Source: Tubulanus polymorphus (taxonomy: Eukaryota; Animalia; Nemertea). Taken from it: 64,000 nt of DNA. A program made the position numbers and the translations under genes. Positions 62,221 through 64,000 of the stretch are shown here, in pieces. Positions within the stretch are counted from its first letter, which is position 1. Each line of letters opens with the position of its first letter. Location: positions 18,141,101-18,205,100 of the forward strand of contig NC_134025.1 of NCBI RefSeq assembly GCF_964204645.1, given 5' to 3'. Below the pieces are notes generated by a model that was not told where the DNA came from, searched no databases, and was given only the letters and a program-made list of their open reading frames with translations.

Positions 62221-62875
62221 TGATAAATTTAATGACCCACCACGTACGAGTATCCCAGAAACACCCGCCTATTTAAATGAAGAAATCCCACACTTCGAAT
62301 TTAAAATTATACGATTAAATTTATTCTTACGAAACCACAACGTTTCGGCTGTTGACTAACAGCCATCATCAGGTGGAATGACCAGAAAAACAAGTAACAA
62401 AGCATATAAACTCACAGGATCTAAAATAGAAGCAGTGTGTCAAAATTGAAGATAAACAGACCAAGCAATAAAACATCAAGGGGTACCGTGGAAACCACAG
62501 CAATTCTAAACAGTTCAGAGTAAAAACAAATTATGTAACTATTTGAAGTGGACTGAAGAGAGTGGCGATAACAGAGTGACACATAGTGACATTAACCCAA
62601 ATCTAATAAAGAGTTGATGTGTCTGAATAATAATTGGTTATGTGGATAAAAACCAGTATTTAAATTAGTAGATAAATTGGATTTCGGAAGTTTACATATA
62701 AGGGCTGATTCCACTATGTGTCTCTTATGAATATCTCTACAAGGATAGATTAGTTTCGAATTCTGAAAGTCAAATTGGTGATTGGTTGTAAAGACATGAT
62801 TTGCTATTCCACTCTCAGGCTTTTGGTTGCGGATATCTATTTTGTGTTCTTTAATACGCTGACTGAGAGTAATTG
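62220..62875 (-). mobile_element. Second Penelope-like 3' fragment (GIY-YIG C-terminus plus UTR)
   Basis: Minus strand LSQRIKEHKIDIRNQKPESGIANHVFTTNHQFDF...HIVESALI..NLNTG. Confidence 0.8.
62335..62376 (-). ncRNA. Minimal type I hammerhead ribozyme
   Basis: CCAC-CUGAUGA-U-GGCUGUU(AGUC)AACAGCC-GAAA-CG-UU-GUGG. Confidence 0.85.
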
Positions 62876-62879
62876 GGAA

Positions 62880-64000
62880 AGTAGGCTTTCAGATCAGAGG
62901 TCGAAGGTCGACCACTCATCACCACAAGTAATTTTTTTTCCTAATAAATAGGAGATAGAAAAGCATTCTTAGCAACAATAAATAACAGAATTAAACCAAC
63001 AAAAAAAAAATTTGAAATAAAAAAGTTAGTTGATGTTACAAAAGAAATTGAACATAAGATATTGAAATTAGAAAAGATAAAAACTAAATATGGAGAGAAA
63101 GTATCAGCGAATTAAGAAATAAAAATAAGTTTAGAAAAATTAAATTTTTTTTTTTTTCCTTTTTCCAAAAATAAACACACTTTTTAATATAAAAGCGCTA
63201 ATAAAATGATAAAATTGTTCAATATTAAAAGTGTGAGTATAATAATTTAGATTTTCAATATTAAAAGTGTGAGTAAAGTGTGAGTAAAATGATAAAATTG
63301 TTCAATATTAAAAGTGTGAGTAAAGTGTGAGTAAAATAATTGAGATTTTCAATATTAAAAGTGTGAATAAAGTGTGAGTAAAATAATTGAGATTTTCAAT
63401 ATTAAAAGTGTGAGTAAAGTGTGAGTAATAATTTTGTTATAAAAATGAAGAAAGAAGAACCCAACTTCAAAATCGAAATCAATGAAACCAATAAATCATT
63501 TTCACAGTTTAACATTAGAAATTATATTTCAGCAACAAATTTAGTTTAAGGAAGACAATATAAAATTGATAATATTACTGTAATTAATCAAATATTATTA
63601 AATGAAACATATTTAATTACTGAACTAATAGATACTTTAGATAATGGCGCCAAAAATCCTAAAATATTTAATACAGTTTTAAATTATAAAGGTAATTTAG
63701 ATGAAAACATAATAAATATTCTTAAATTTCCTTTTAATGAAAGAGAAAGTGATATAATACTTTCAAAAGGTAATGATAGGATAGACTTAAGAATTGAAAA
63801 ACGACAATTATATTATTGTAATTTTGATAATAAACAAATTATTTATAATGAAAATACATCAAATATTGAAATTCAATGTGATTTAGAAAACAATAATTCT
63901 TTTAAAGATATTGCAATTCAGTGTGATTTAGAAAATAGTAAATCTTTTAAACATATCGCAATGCAATGTGATTTAGAAAATGAATTCAAAAGATTTAATC
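62880..64000 (+). mobile_element. Polinton copy P9 terminus, iterons and degraded ORFs (runs off the right edge)
   Basis: AGTAGGCTTTCAGATCAGAGGTCGAAGGTCG..CACTCATCACCACAAGTAATTTTT matches the P1 end at 9115-9183 in reverse complement. Confidence 0.75.
63200..63428. repeat. Subterminal iterons (mostly 47-bp spacing)
   Basis: TTCAATATTAAAAGTGTGA(G/A)TA at 63218, 63254, 63301, 63348 and 63395; a related motif occurs in reverse complement at ~47885-47912. Confidence 0.85.

Overview
AT-rich eukaryotic DNA, most likely from an invertebrate animal (spliceosomal introns, a calmodulin-type gene, animal transposon families). The window is dominated by at least 8-9 overlapping, deleted and nested copies of one Polinton/Maverick (adintovirus-like) endogenous DNA virus family. 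That family encodes protein-primed PolB, a DDE integrase with chromodomain, an A32/FtsK packaging ATPase, major and minor capsid proteins, an HNH nuclease and several conserved unknown or membrane ORFs. The copies are interleaved with BEL/Pao, Penelope-like (with minimal hammerhead ribozymes), Merlin, Harbinger, HINE/Helentron-type and MITE elements, an intron-containing DUF3987-like pseudogene and the 5' half of a calmodulin-like gene. The main discovery is that the PolB copy at 4488-9103 carries a ~1.05 kb LAGLIDADG-type intein (4940-5993) inserted exactly in the catalytic YF(D)|TDS motif and resembling giant-virus PolB inteins, while a sister PolB in the same window has the empty site (56466/56467). 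The intein, a giant-virus-like HNH gene and a TAAATG start motif on almost every viral gene together suggest gene exchange with, or dependence on, a large DNA virus. All family assignments come from motif recognition by eye; no searches were run.
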